From positions 26,403,729 through 26,467,678 of the forward strand of contig NC_069001.1 in assembly GCF_001194135.2 (NCBI RefSeq): DNA of 63,950 nucleotides, read 5' to 3'. Position numbers and translations under genes: made by a program. The notes beneath the pieces were generated by a model. It did not search any database. It worked only from the letters and a program-made list of their open reading frames with translations, and was not told the DNA's origin. This DNA comes from Octopus bimaculoides (lineage: Eukaryota). This document shows positions 25,921 through 39,033 of the stretch, one piece after another; the first letter of the stretch is position 1; every line of letters starts with the position of its first letter.

Positions 25921-26110
25921 TAGCTGTTGTTGCTGTTTATCCCCTAGGTGAGACCTTATCGACTAGACCTATAATCAAACATTTCCAACTGTGACCATCT
26001 CGTCAGAGATAGTACATCTTATTGCTACTTATGTTATATAAAATTTTCTTCTAATCTGAATATTGCAGTATCTAAATTAGATATTTGGTAGCTATTAGTA
26101 GAGATTATGC
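25921..26110 (-). repeat. Old repeat family D fragment
   Basis: GTTGTTGCT...CCAACTGTGACC is shared with 39838-40010. Confidence 0.45.
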
Positions 26111-26299
26111 TATCACTTTATAAAACGGCTATTGTTGATATTAACACATGTCATAATTTCGTCCACTTAAGTGTTGTGAAAGCCGTTTCAGCTGTGGCTG
26201 GCAGTTGTCATTTTGTATTAAGAGACAGTATTGTACGTTTCCGTCTTGGTATAGCAATTTAGAAAATATATAGGAGAAAAATGTTTGCAACTGGATTTT

Positions 26300-27090
26300 G
26301 GAAGGCTATTTAATGGATAAAACTGAAAGTGGGAGTAGTGAGAAATGGCAGAGCACTATTTTGAAAACAATCAAGGTAACAAATACCCTTTCACTGAAAT
26401 GAAACTATCAAGACATGAAATAGAATGGGAGCAACTGAGGTGTATAAATATCTGGGGATCGACGAAAAGAAAGGGATTCGATATATAACGATGAAGGAGA
26501 AGGCACTAATATGGAACTGCTTTATGCAAGAATCAGAATGATACTGAAAGATGATCTATACTCGATGTATAAAATAGTATCAATAAATATACTAAACGTG
26601 CTGTTAGCAGTTACAGATTCAATGAGAAAACTGGAATATAGGAATATAAGAATTGAAAGCAAGACGAAGAGACACCTTAAGCTTTTGTTTGTCCCGTGTA
26701 TCACATATGATATATAGAGCATATATATGATACACAGGCATATTTCATCAGTGTACATGCATCTTATATGAAAAACAATTCCATTTCTTTCCAACCACCT
26801 AATTAACTTGGGACTTACGAAAAGAAAGCTTTATGCTACTCAGAAGTTATGAAACAAGAGGTCACTAAAATTCTGAAAACAAAACTGGATGTTTAAGACA
26901 AACTTATGAAAAGGTTTTGGACATGCAAAGGGTTAATAATAGTTCTCTAGGGATAGTTAAGCAATGCATAAACCGCAAAATGTATTACTAAATCTTCATG
27001 ATTAGCACACGTCCATAATATACTCAACAGAGCCGAAGTAGTTACTAAACATGTATTATGGATGGTATCTCATATACAGTGAAGAAAAAA
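26300..27090 (+). mobile_element. R4/Dong-like (RLE-type) non-LTR retrotransposon RT relic
   Basis: EVYKYLGIDEKKGIRYITMKEK (YKYLGI at 26443-26460), then after a frameshift ELLYARIRMILKDDLYSMYKIVSINIL...IESKTKRHL, matching the post-RT pattern YKYLGI..MKEK..EY..R.R.ILK.EL...NKI.AIN...D.KTRKLL. Boundaries approximate. Confidence 0.7.
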
Positions 27091-28619
27091 TGTTCGAACA
27101 CAATGAACTCAGAACTGCGCACAGTTGTACACAATCGATCGCTGTTGTGTGTGACTCAGGTAATATAGTATTTGCTTTGATTAGTATGGTTTTTCTATAG
27201 TATCGAAACTATGTGAGTAAACAATTATAATAGGCACGCAATAAAAATATAACTACTGAAATAATGATAAAAGAAAAAGCGTTGGCTCTGGGAGTTGTTT
27301 TGCTAAATTCTGTTTTCGGTAGATAAGCTTTAAACCTTAGATTTATTGCATAGAATTGAAAATAGGAAATTGAAACATTCATTCTTTTGTAGCGAACAGG
27401 AACATTATGAAAGAAAAGGCATTTCCCAAAACGGGAATTGAAACCATACTGTTTGTATTTGATCTGTGGATGAATATTTCCTAGATGTTTCTATGTTTCA
27501 TGAATGTCTAAAATGTAATATTGATTTTCTATTCAGACCCACAACCCACAAACCATTTTTATCATTCGAAAATTATGGAAATGTGAGGGGTAGCATGTTA
27601 TGAACCTAAGCAATATCTCAATCTCTAACGGTCATTATTCTAGGTTTCATTGTCTGAATTGTTTACCAAAAATACCTTAGCTTCTAATGTGACATTGGAT
27701 TGCAACAAAAGGAGTTCGGATGTCACGGGGACAAGAATGCAATGATGAACATTCTTTTTCAAATTAAAAAAAAAATGTAAGAAATTGGAATTCGAGAATT
27801 TATATCCAAAGATTAATATCTACTACTGTTGGGTTCACAATAACATGATACTTGATTTCGATTCTGTGAGATTCGAATTACAGAGTAGCTGTAATCCTGG
27901 ACGGCTGTCAGGAAAACCTATGCATGGAGCCACAAAATCGAGAATTTCTGTCTTTCATAATAAGTGATAATTTCGACATAATAGTTAGTTGGTTGATGGT
28001 TTTAGAAAATCAAGCAACCGAGTTGCAGCTTCTCGTCGTTGGTGTGTGTTTAGAGAAATGACAAGCGCAGATCTAATTTAAACACAAATAATGTAAGCGA
28101 TCGCCAGTAGAGGTGCTAAAATATCTGAAGCGATATCAGAACTTGAACAGCTGACGCTGCTTAGCTTTTAGGATGTCCACCGCGACTCAATACTATTTCA
28201 AAAGTTTGCTTTTAGCAAAAGGGGGATTCAACAGAAAAACGAAATTATTGAGTTACCAAACGAGGCGAACAACAAATCAGTAGAAAATACAAACTGTAAT
28301 TGAATAAGTAGATAAATGTAACATTCGCTAGATTGTTCAATGTTATATCTGATTTACCACGGAAGTATCTGAGACACCTCATAGGCATTAACCTCAATCA
28401 CAAATTACGGCACACGCGATATGTTTATCTGATCAGGAGATAAGCGGTTTGAATGGAACTAAAACAATTTGATAGATATATCTAATCGTTTCACATATAA
28501 GTAAATAAAGTATCAGGATAAATTTTAGAAGCCATGAAAATAAAAATACATTGAAATTCGTACGTACGTATATACATGCACGTATGTAGAAATACACACA
28601 AGTAGGACGTAGTAATGGA

Positions 28620-28823
28620 TACAAATTTTGGCACGGGATAAGCAGCTTTCGAAGGGAGATTGCGAAAGCGGGTACCCCCTCCCCATACTTGACTCGTGCT
28701 TCATTTATCGATCCCGGAATACGAAGTCAATTTCGATGGAGTTTGAATTCAGAATGTAAAGATAGGCAAAATGGTGCTATGAATTTTGTCCGAGTGTGTT
28801 AACGGTTATGCCAGCTCACCGAC
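28620..28823 (-). mobile_element. SINE family B (diverged)
   Basis: TTTATCGATCCCGGAA...GAGTTTGAATTCAGAATGTAAAGA...GCCAGCTCACCG. Confidence 0.7.
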
Positions 28824-29860
28824 ATGCAAGTAAGATAAAATAATGATAATGATAATAACAATAATAATTATTATTATTATCGATAATATTTGATAATATT
28901 AATAACTAATGATAATATTTCTCATCCGGGCACAAATGTGGAAGATTTAATTAAAACTAAGTTCTTCAGCTGTACAGTATCAGATAGCCCTCTAAGGGAT
29001 GAAAAACTTAGCTGACCCAGATGAAATTTGAACCTAGAATGTAACTTATCAAAGCGTTTTGCCCAAACTGCCTTTCTTGCATTACAAATCATACATACAT
29101 ACATACATACACCACACATGCATAATCCTGTATATATATACAATTAAACCTTGGGAGAGGCATTATGCCGNNNNNNNNNNTATATATATATATATATATA
29201 TATATGCATGTATGTATGTATGTGCGTGGGTGCCTTTTTGTATAATATCTTAAAAACATTAAAGCGAAAATTTACAATGAGAATGTTTCCATTTTTTGAA
29301 AAATTCTTCGGTAGTTACGACATAAAATAAAAAAAAAATAAATAACTGCTTTACAAAATATATGGAAATCGTGCTATTAAAATGAGTTATCAATTCCAAA
29401 AGAGCTATGAATATGCATGATAAGACTCTTGGGACATGAAGAAATATAAAATGGAAGGAACCGAAAATGGCGAAACATTATTAAGTAAATCAATAATCGT
29501 AATGGGTTCGAACAAACCAATTCTGATTATGTAAGAAGAGAATTAACCAAAAATATCGATATGTGATAAATAACATCGATAGGGACATTAGAAACACACT
29601 TAATTTAGAAATGCACATGCCCATTTAGTATTTGCTGCCATCATTTTATAATGTACATCAGATGTTTTATTTATATTCTCCTCTCATTTATACTTATGAT
29701 TATGTATTATGACAATAAAAATTATATATCTGAGTGTGTGTGCGTGTTTTCCTGTAGGTATGATTGAACTTATGAAGGGAATAATTTATACTGTGTTCTC
29801 TCACAATTCCTAATGTTGTACAGCATTAGTATTTGTAAGGATGTCTATATTTATACATAC

Positions 29861-29906
<46 letters not shown>

Positions 29907-30503
29907 TGAGAGAAAAAAGAAGATAGTGGATGCGAGGGAGATAAAGGGACGTAATTCGTTTAAACATTTGGCTGTTGAAGTTCTGCGTACTAAACTATAG
30001 AATGGTGTTCTAAACTTAACTACCCGGGATCATATTTTACTTTCGATAACTTATCTTTTCAGTAATGAATGAGGAAAATTTAAGAGTTCAATATATCTCT
30101 ATGCATGCTGTTCCAACAACTTGACTCTAACATAGCTCTCTTTATATTCAAAGATCCGCTCATCTACAACCAGGACGAATGTAGAAGTGTTTAACGTGGG
30201 TTAATGTAGCCTTTGACAAAAAACCTTACTATATTATCATGCAAAATGTGCAAGAATTTCGGGTTCTGATACTAATATATAGGAACACAAAGGAGTTGTT
30301 AATTTCCTTGATTCCAGCATATTACTGCCACCTACAACACATGCACTCGATCGCATGCATACGACGGCCGCAGCACACGCACAGACAGTTGAAGAAACAC
30401 ACACATAACCCTATGTTTGTATGTGCTTGTTAACGTGTAATTTTGAGGTCACCGTCAACTTTTGATTTCTATAAAATAACGCCGGTATTCTACTATATGT
30501 ACC

Positions 30504-30640
30504 AGAGTGGTAATGGTGTAAGCAGTTTGATTCCCAACCACAAGGTTCTAGATTCAGTACCAGTGCGTGGTACCTTCGGTATTTGTCTTCTTGCATACAC
30601 TAAGGCAGACCAAAGCCTGGGGAGTAGATTTGGTAGAGAT
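30504..30640 (+). mobile_element. SINE family A head (diverged)
   Basis: CCCAACCACAAGGTTCTAGATTCAGTACCAGTGCGTGGTACCTT...GACCAAAGCC...GATTTGGTAGA. Confidence 0.75.
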
Positions 30641-30648
30641 GCCAGCAT

Positions 30649-30693
<45 letters not shown>

Positions 30694-30814
30694 TATATAT
30701 ACATATTAATAAATCTCGGGGTATCAAAAAAAATCTTAGAAATTCTATTTACTACCAGTGGTCTAGCGAGAAGAAAAGATTTGTCATATATTATTCATTT
30801 AAAATACAGTGTAC

Positions 30815-30935
30815 ATTTAAACTCCAGTACTCGAATGGTACATATTTCATCGACCTCAAAAGGACGAAAGGCAAAGTCAAATTCACTAGAATTTGAAATC
30901 GGAACGTAAAGGAAGATCTGCCAGTTCGTCGTCTC
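30815..30935 (-). mobile_element. SINE family B fragment
   Basis: GGTACATATTTCATCGACCTCAAAAGGACGAAAGGCAAAGTC...CTGCCAGTTCGTCGTC. Confidence 0.8.
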
Positions 30936-30954
30936 AATAACAACAATATTAATA

Positions 30955-31260
30955 TACACATTATTTACATTTACATTTGACGTATATTTGTCCTTATCTT
31001 GTTTGTTGTTAACACAACGTTTCGACTGATATACCCTCCAGTCTTCATCAGGTGTGTTAGGGAAATTTCGAACCTGCGTTTTCACTTTTAAGGTATTTTT
31101 CGATGTTGTTGTTGTTCTTATTATTATTATCACGAGTAGCATATGGGAACAGGAAGAATAGGAAAATATTAAATTAGGTAGATTTCGATGTCCACTGTTT
31201 GGAATCCGTCAAATGCAAATAATGTACATAATTCCTCATCTCTTAAATATAGAACTGTAA
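30955..31260 (-). mobile_element. Penelope-like terminal repeat (pLTR) remnant with an inverted second piece
   Basis: Contains a hammerhead motif. CATTATTTACATT..TGACG at about 30960-30982 recurs inverted at about 31205-31230 (CGTCAAATGCAAATAATG). Confidence 0.65.
31011..31058 (-). ncRNA. Minimal type I hammerhead ribozyme motif (PLE-type)
   Basis: Minus strand: AACACAC-CUGAUGA-A-GACUG(GAGGGUAUAU)CAGUC-GAAA-CG-U-U-GUGUU. Intact core, 5-bp stem II, palindromic ACGU stem III, 4-bp stem I. Confidence 0.85.
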
Positions 31261-31785
31261 TATCAATATGCATTTGTGATTAAATGCATGTGGGAATCTT
31301 CGATAAAACGCGTTTAAGTGTTAATATATTGCTACATTAATCACATCTATTACTCAAGATTTCTTAGCTGTGTTGGAAACAATTTTTTCTCACCCTGTAT
31401 GTTTTATTCGTGTTAAATTTCTTTCTCAATATTTGCTTTATTTATTTCAGAACACCGTTGCCAAATTTCACTATTTTCTTTTCTCTCGACTTGTAGCTTC
31501 ACAGGCAAATAACTAAACTGAAATGTTTATTTGGTTGGCACATCTGTCACGGAAAAGTGCTTTAGATTAAAGTTGATCAGGGAAGGTCGCTCTTTGACAC
31601 TATGTCATTCTGTTTATTCCCACAGTGTCTCAGTAATACATCAGTCAACATAACTCTTAAATAACGTTGTATTTACGCTAGTCTATTTATCTATTTGTAG
31701 TTTTATGCATTTATACATTGATTTTTCCATTTCTTTAATCCAATCTACGTTGGAATTCTCTGAAATATCTTTACCTTTAACTTAG

Positions 31786-31819
31786 ATGCTTATCTATGGC
31801 GATAATCCCTCGGGTCACC
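31786..31819 (+). CDS. Candidate 34-nt exon (MLIYGDNPSGH)
   Basis: tctttacctttaacttag|ATG...CACC|gtaagt; no homology recognised. Confidence 0.2.
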
Positions 31820-32032
31820 GTAAGTTTTCCGATAAAAATCGCTAACTTTGCTTTAGATTTGACAAGTTCCTACGGAGTTGCATTTGGATTTTCTCACTGT
31901 TTTATCTCCAAAGTCATAATTCAACTCCCTAATCGCGCATTGCATGAACGTACTTCCAGATATGCACAAACATGTATATACATATATATATATATATTCT
32001 TATACACACACACACTCTTTCCCCCTCTCTCT

Positions 32033-32077
<45 letters not shown>

Positions 32078-33059
32078 TATATAAACATATGCATATCTAT
32101 ATATAAACCCTTTGATATTTTGTATACGTCTATATATCTATCTTTCTGTCACTATGTACGTACGCATGTATGCAGAGGCATCTGCTAATTTTGACAAAAC
32201 TATGGAGAAGGAAGGACTCCTAGGAGAGACACACTGGCATAGAACTTGGTGTCAAAATAGTACCAGTCATTTCTCAATGCTTCGCAAGGAAACCTAATGT
32301 TGTGATAGTGAAAGAAGTGATGTAACAACTCTTGTCACTCGAATCCAACGACATACAAATCCAGCGACATAGAAACTTACACACATAAGTTGTACGTATA
32401 TTTTTATTTGCAATGAAAAACATCAAAGGACATAGGACAAGAAGAATTTTTGAAAGCAGTCAAATCATGGAAAATTAGTTCGAAATACAAATGAAAAAAA
32501 AAACAGTATAAATGTAGCAGTAAGAAAATTCGCACAATATTTTTTAAACGATATCTCATAACAAAGATAAAAACAAATTTGATAAGCAAACATGGCTATG
32601 TTGATTAGAATTTCGCTTCGCAAAAACATATGGCCATGGTGATAAGAATTTCGTTTAGCAAAATCATGGTTGCCGTTTCAAATTCCCGTGGCAGTGTGAG
32701 CACGAGTTTCTTGTAATTGCTTTGGATCAATGTGAATTTTTGTATATAGAGAAATTGTGCTGTGTCTCATTTGAATGTCAGTAGATAGCAATAAAGAGGT
32801 TTTATTGTCTTCTGGTATTACGTAAATTATCCTTGTCTGCCCTTTTCAGGCCTTTGAACTAAGTTGTCAATGTAACTAGTGGGATATTGGAATCTTGTTA
32901 TTTCATATTTTCGACACCTCTCAGAGGCCGTGTAATAAAGTACGAAGAAAAATGCAACACTATATATAACAACTGATAAGAAAACGAATGAAAATGCTAA
33001 AAATATATCTAATAAGAATAACATGAGAATAAATACTAATTAAAAATAGAAGCATTTTA

Positions 33060-33712
33060 TTGGGTCAAGCCATAAGTAATGCGGTATTTTTATACTCATT
33101 TTATTTTTCAAAATTATGATACACAAAGTTCTTTCTTGATCTACAATATACTCTCCGCTCTGCTATCTTTCTGGTAGACTTGCAAGGCTACTCTTACAAA
33201 ATTCATTTGTTCGTGACAAAAAATACTCCTCATGTACTGTTCTTGTGCGTACAGAATATGGATTCTGTACAGAATCCATATTTTTACCGTCCAAATGATT
33301 TCGAAGAATGCAGAACTGATGATAATCACATGGGGAAATGTCCAGCAAATATGATGGGTGGGGCATCGTTTCCCATCCAAACTGCTCCAACCTTTGGAAT
33401 GTCATCCTCGCTAATTATCCTGATGGAAGAACATCCTTCGTCTTGAAACCAATTTGCTGACATTTTCCGATGGTATGCATTCATCGATGAATGGTTGATC
33501 GACTAAATCCAAGCGATGGGTTTCCAGGACGTCTTCGTCGAACTCTACATATCTTCCGGGACGAGGCAAGTCTTCTAGGCTGTCCTTTCCTGCTTGAAAT
33601 ATCTGGAACCAGAGTTGACATTGGCTTACAGTTATTGTCCGATCTCCATTTACTGCATTAATATTCTTCGCACCTTCTGTTGCGTTGCTGCCTCAAAGCA
33701 AAATATGCATAT
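33060..33712 (-). mobile_element. Internally deleted mariner relic
   Basis: TA + TIR TTGGGTCAAGCCATAAGTAATGCGG. Minus fragments AKNINAVNGDRTITVSQCQLWFQIFQAGKDSLEDLPRPGR (HTH), FFHQDN and HPSYLLDISPCDYHQF (YSPDLAPSD motif). Confidence 0.9.
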
Positions 33713-33879
33713 TGGAGTGTTTGGTAATTATTCTATTTTATCTGTCCTGGGTGTATGAAAATGAAAGTACGAGTTGCTGAGATCTGAATTCGAAACGTAA
33801 ATAACCAGATTACTAAACGATTATCTTTTAAAATATTTGTTTCGTATTTTTGTCAAATGACTATAAATTGGTGAGAAAG

Positions 33880-34010
33880 AGGATAAATCGATCACATATT
33901 TTGTCGCCTCCGAAATGATGAAAGGTTACGTTAATCTCGGTGAAATTTGATCTCAGTGTGTAAAGACGGACGAAATTCCGCTTAAGCATTTTGTCTGTCA
34001 TGCTAAAAAT
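33880..34010 (-). mobile_element. SINE family B (diverged)
   Basis: CCGAAATGATGAAAGG...TAAAGACGGACGAAATTCCGCTTAAGCATTTTG. Confidence 0.75.
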
Positions 34011-36396
34011 CTTTTTAAATATTAGATTCACGTCTTCCAACGTTCTAAAGATATTGCCTGTCCACCATCCTCTGTATTATAATAAATCCACTAAAACTAA
34101 TAGTAAGAGTAGAAATCCACTAAAATATGAAAGCAAGTAAAATAGCAAAAGAAAATTCCCAGTTATAGATTGAAGATAGTTTTCTAATGTTTTATCGTGA
34201 TATCAGTTAATTTTTTTTTATTTTCTGAAAAATATAATTAAGCTCATACGTCATAAGGAGATTAAAAAAATTAAAACACATTATGGTTTTATATTGTGTT
34301 CGAATTTTTAGTTCTTTTGTTCATAATAGCTCGTTTTCTTTGATCTAACTTCTAGAATTGCCATATCAGAGAATCATAAACGGCAAAAGATAATACGAGT
34401 AGTACATCCACACTATCATTTGTGTTAGATGCACACAAACACATATTCGAAGTACAGCTTGTGTGTTTGTTCAATTAATATGCATTTTATTACTGCTGCT
34501 GTTACTACCAATAAAACTGTTACTATTACTCATGTTATTATTACATAATACTAATAACAATTATGATGATGGTGATGATGTCCATTTAATAATAAAACTA
34601 ATAATATCGATTTCGTACATGTGCACAAAGCTTCAGATCGGAAACGCAACAGCGTGATATTCCTTTCTTAGTTAAGAGCATTAATAACGTAATTCGGTGT
34701 GAAAAGCAGACACCAACCGGGAATCGAAATCAGGTCACCGCCAGGGCTGCATATAAACTCTCTTCTAATGATGACAATAACAACGGTAATAATCCCAGCA
34801 GCTGAACAAAATGCATTAGACTTCGTGCAAAATTCATTGAACACTGGTTACCCAATATTATAACATCAACCTCACATTACAGAATTTCAGTACCCAATGA
34901 AAAATACACAAACCACGACGGGAATATTGCTTATAAAATCGATACGCGAACTAAAATACAAATTACACCATCGACGATTTATATTTTTCAGAATTCTCTC
35001 TCAAATTTATGTAGCGCGTTCTGCTAAACACATGTTATTAATCCTTGTATTTCGCGTTGAGTTGTTGAGATCGGGTCGTAGTAGGGCTGACGATTTTTAA
35101 CCAAGTAGTTGTGAAGTTTTTATCCAATTGAATATCAAATTTCCATTGTGTTTATCTGAGAGTTTCACGCTTACACACACACACACACACACACACATGT
35201 ATATACATATATGTGTGTGTGTGTGTGTTCCGATACTTGTGCTTATTTGTATATCTACGTATATATACATGTGTGTATATACGTATGCATATATGTTATA
35301 GAAGTATGTTTAAACACACACTCACACATGCACGCACCTATATATGACAGTACATCAACTGTATTATTCTATGTGTGTTTTGGTAAGATATCATTTGATA
35401 GGCGCTGTCAGACTGATAAAAGAGAAAAGAAAAACTGGTGTAGTAAACAGATGTGTGGTTTTTGTTTCCAGTTAGAAGTTTCATTGTAACTGTTCGAGCA
35501 ATTTGTGACAAAGTATACCATACTGTTTCAAACCATTTATGTACTATATCGGTGTCAAATCGATTTTCCACAAACTGACGCACACAAGAACATGTATACT
35601 TTTACACAAGTACACGCAACACTGCTACGCACAAGAATATACGAACATTCAGCAGCTCATTTCACCTCTTAAGAATGACAGCTAAACCTCCCTCATATCG
35701 CACAAACGTTTGTACTTGATGTGATAATTGTTTCCTTGTAAATGCTATAAATCGGAACATCAATGTTGGAATGATGTTGATCGCAGATCTACTCCACGTG
35801 GCTTGACACGGGGTTAAGCAACAAGAAGAGAAAGACTAACAGCAATCGTTGCCAATACCTGTGAAGTCATGAAAGACACACACGTGCATACATGCTCACA
35901 GTAACACAGACACACACACACATCGAGTTAAATAGATGATCATACGCGAAATAAAGTATGTAAATCTTCCTATTTCGAAATTTACCTCTTCCTTGGAGAG
36001 GTATAACTGCAATCATGTGGATTGCTTGTTCCTTCACAACTCACAACTTCGTTACATACAAGAATAATCAACAAGCAAGTGACTGGTTGAGGCATTATTA
36101 TAACACACAAATACATACACACACATACACACGCACATATATAATTCAGATTCGGTTGAATTAGGTACATAAATTGAGGTATTTTCTTAGGTCGACCTTA
36201 TTCGCACACCAAAACAATATCAGGTAAATATCAGACTCTGTGCAGAAGTGTTTGCACATGGTATTCTTGCAGTGTTTGCAGATAACACAACCCAAACTGA
36301 AGAGATCGGCTCTTTGTTGTCCAGACATATAGTTTATATAAAAATGCTTGCTATAAATTTTTTTCAAAGTGCAGATTCGAAAGTAGGTGAATAAAT

Positions 36397-36821
36397 TATA
36401 AACGACTAACAAAGATGTACAGGTGTCAATTCATTACGGCCGTTTCAAGCGGCTCTATTAATTGATTAATGAAAACATTATATCATTGCAAAGGAACCGA
36501 TTTCGTTAGACGACTGCATAAACTTCACATAGAAAGGGCAAACCAACTGCTTTAACATATTCATATTAAATATTTACATTGATTCTGTGCGATATCATTC
36601 TGCCAAAGATATAACAGCAGAATCAATGTAAATATTCGAGTTCCGTTGGTGATATGAATAAGTTAAAGTAGTTGGTTTGTCCTATGTGTGAGAAGTCTAT
36701 GCAGTCATATGACGAAAATGGTTTCTTTGCAATGATGTAATGTTTTCCTTAATCGATTAAGGAAGTCGCTTGAAACGACCGTTAAGAATTGTCACCTGTA
36801 CATCTTTGTTACTCATTTATA
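36397..36821. mobile_element. 425-bp foldback MITE, TA-flanked
   Basis: Arms about 36397-36587 and 36618-36821 are inverted copies (TATAAACGACTAACAAAGATGTACAGGTG.../...CACCTGTACATCTTTGTTACTCATTTATA), with a loop of 30 nt or less. Confidence 0.92.
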
Positions 36822-37118
36822 TATTAAGCCTGGTGCTTATTCTATTGGTTCTTTTTTGCAACTTCGCTAACTTATGTGGAAGTAAATAAAGGAACACCGT
36901 TTGTCAGCTGTGTTGGCTCACAAACCCAAATTCACACACACACACACAATTACATACGACGGGTTTCCTTCATTTTCCCTCTACGAGTCTACTAAATCCA
37001 CTCACATGGTTTTAGTCGGCCCGAAGGTATTATAGTAAAACCACTCGCCAAGGTGCCACACAGTAGGACTGAACACATAACAGTGTGGTTGGGAAGCAAA
37101 CTTCTCAATGCACAGCCA
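36822..37118 (-). mobile_element. SINE family A, tail missing next to the foldback element
   Basis: AAATCCACTCACATGG...GCCAAGGTGCCACACAGTAGGACTGAAC...GGGAAGCAAAC head; body TAAGCCTGGTGCTTATTCTATTGG. Confidence 0.8.
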
Positions 37119-37753
37119 AGCAAGGCACCATATTGTACCAGGCTCGTTTGACCTAACACCTAATATGCATATCAGTTACTCTGAATAAGTTTGTAAATAG
37201 CAATTGTTAGATTGACCGAGTACCTACTTATCAGATGACTAAACTAGGCAATGAAAATCTATATTGTATTTTTTGTTTCTCTAAGAAAAACGATTTTTGA
37301 GATGATTTCATATTAGATTCCTTGCAAGGAGATATGAAGCCAAATACTTTTGTCCTGAACAGAGTTGACGAACAACCACATGTTTTTTTGACTTTCTAAT
37401 TCTACACACTAAAACCATACATAGAAATGAGGAAAATACATATTCACACAAATTATAAACTCATCAAATAGCGATTATTATGCATAAAAGAGAAAAGCAA
37501 ATAGTGAGGTGACTATATTTAAGTTATGAAGCATGTACAATACAAACATGTTAGTCCATTTTTGTTGCTATACATACATATGTTTAGAAAACATCAAGGG
37601 AAATCAATATGTTTGACACACTGTTTGCAATTTTTACTGTCGCAACAGCTGTCGAAATAATTTTAGATTTAGCAATCTGACTATCAACACCCAACCTGTC
37701 TTTCTCTCTCACACATAAGCTTCTATATATGTGTGTGTATATATATGTGTGTA

Positions 37754-37808
<55 letters not shown>

Positions 37809-38396
37809 NNNNNNNNNNNNNNNNNNNNNNNNNNNNNNNNNNNNNNNNNNNNNNNNNNNNNNNNNNNNNNNNNNNNNNNNNNNNNNNNNNNNNNNNNNNN
37901 NNNNNNNNNNNNNNNNNNNNNNNNNNNNNNNNNNNNNNNNNNNNNNNNNNNNNNNNNNNNNNNNNNNNNNNNNNNNNNNNNNNNNNNNNNNNNNNNNNNN
38001 NNNNNNNNNNNNNNNNNNNNNNNNNNNNNNNNNNNNNNNNNNNNNNNNNNNNNNNNNNNNNNNNNNNNNNNNNNNNNNNNNNNNNNNNNNNNNNNNNNNN
38101 NNNNNNNNNNNNNNNNNNNNNNNNNNNNNNNNNNNNNNNNNNNNNNNNNNNNNNNNNNNNNNNNNNNNNNNNNNNNNNNNNNNNNNNNNNNNNNNNNNNN
38201 NNNNNNNNNNNNNNNNNNNNNNNNNNNNNNNNNNNNNNNNNNNNNNNNNNNNNNNNNNNNNNNNNNNNNNNNNGGAAAGTTTTGCAAATCACGCAAACAA
38301 GACATCTTACTCTTTACTCCAAAATCTGTTCGCTTTCATTCTCTCACTTCTTTGATGCACTCGCTCTCCCTATGTGCGTATATGTGTGTTTCGATA

Positions 38397-38434
<38 letters not shown>

Positions 38435-38625
38435 GCGTGTATGGGTAGGAAAATTTTAAAATTTCACTATCGGAGAAAAAATACTCTATACAATACTGGA
38501 GTGGAGAAATACTATATTTTGACCCGGTGAGTCTTTTGCTACTCAGTTTTGCCTTTGGATAGATAGGATCTGCAGGCTTACATGCATACATATACACAGG
38601 CATATATATATATGATGTTCAGGTA

Positions 38626-38656
<31 letters not shown>

Positions 38657-38976
38657 CGTGTTTGAGACAGAGGTGGGAGAGAGGGTTGAATGGCATACAA
38701 ATAGCGAATTAATGATTGGTGTGGGAACTGAATCGAGCAGGTAGCGACCTCAAGCTTTCTAGAAGATTCTTTGCAGTTCCGCTCGAATCTACCTCGCAGT
38801 CTAACTTTACTTTATGTTAGTGGTATTTATGCACGTGAGAACAAACAGTTGCTCTTTTCCAACAAAGCTTATTCAATTATTATCGTCAAAAGGATTTACT
38901 ATACACACACAAACACATATATATGCTTAGCTATTTGTTTCCCCTCTTTCTCTCACCCCAACACTCTCCCACTTTC

Positions 38977-39033
<57 letters not shown>

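Noticed and set aside
28172-28295. Possible exon DVHRDSILFQKF...
   Set aside because: Weak donor, no homology, and not needed by any model.
31381-31399. Orphan Tc1-like end TTTTTTCTCACCCTG-TA (also TACAGGG near 20190)
   Set aside because: No partner TIR found, so an element cannot be defined.
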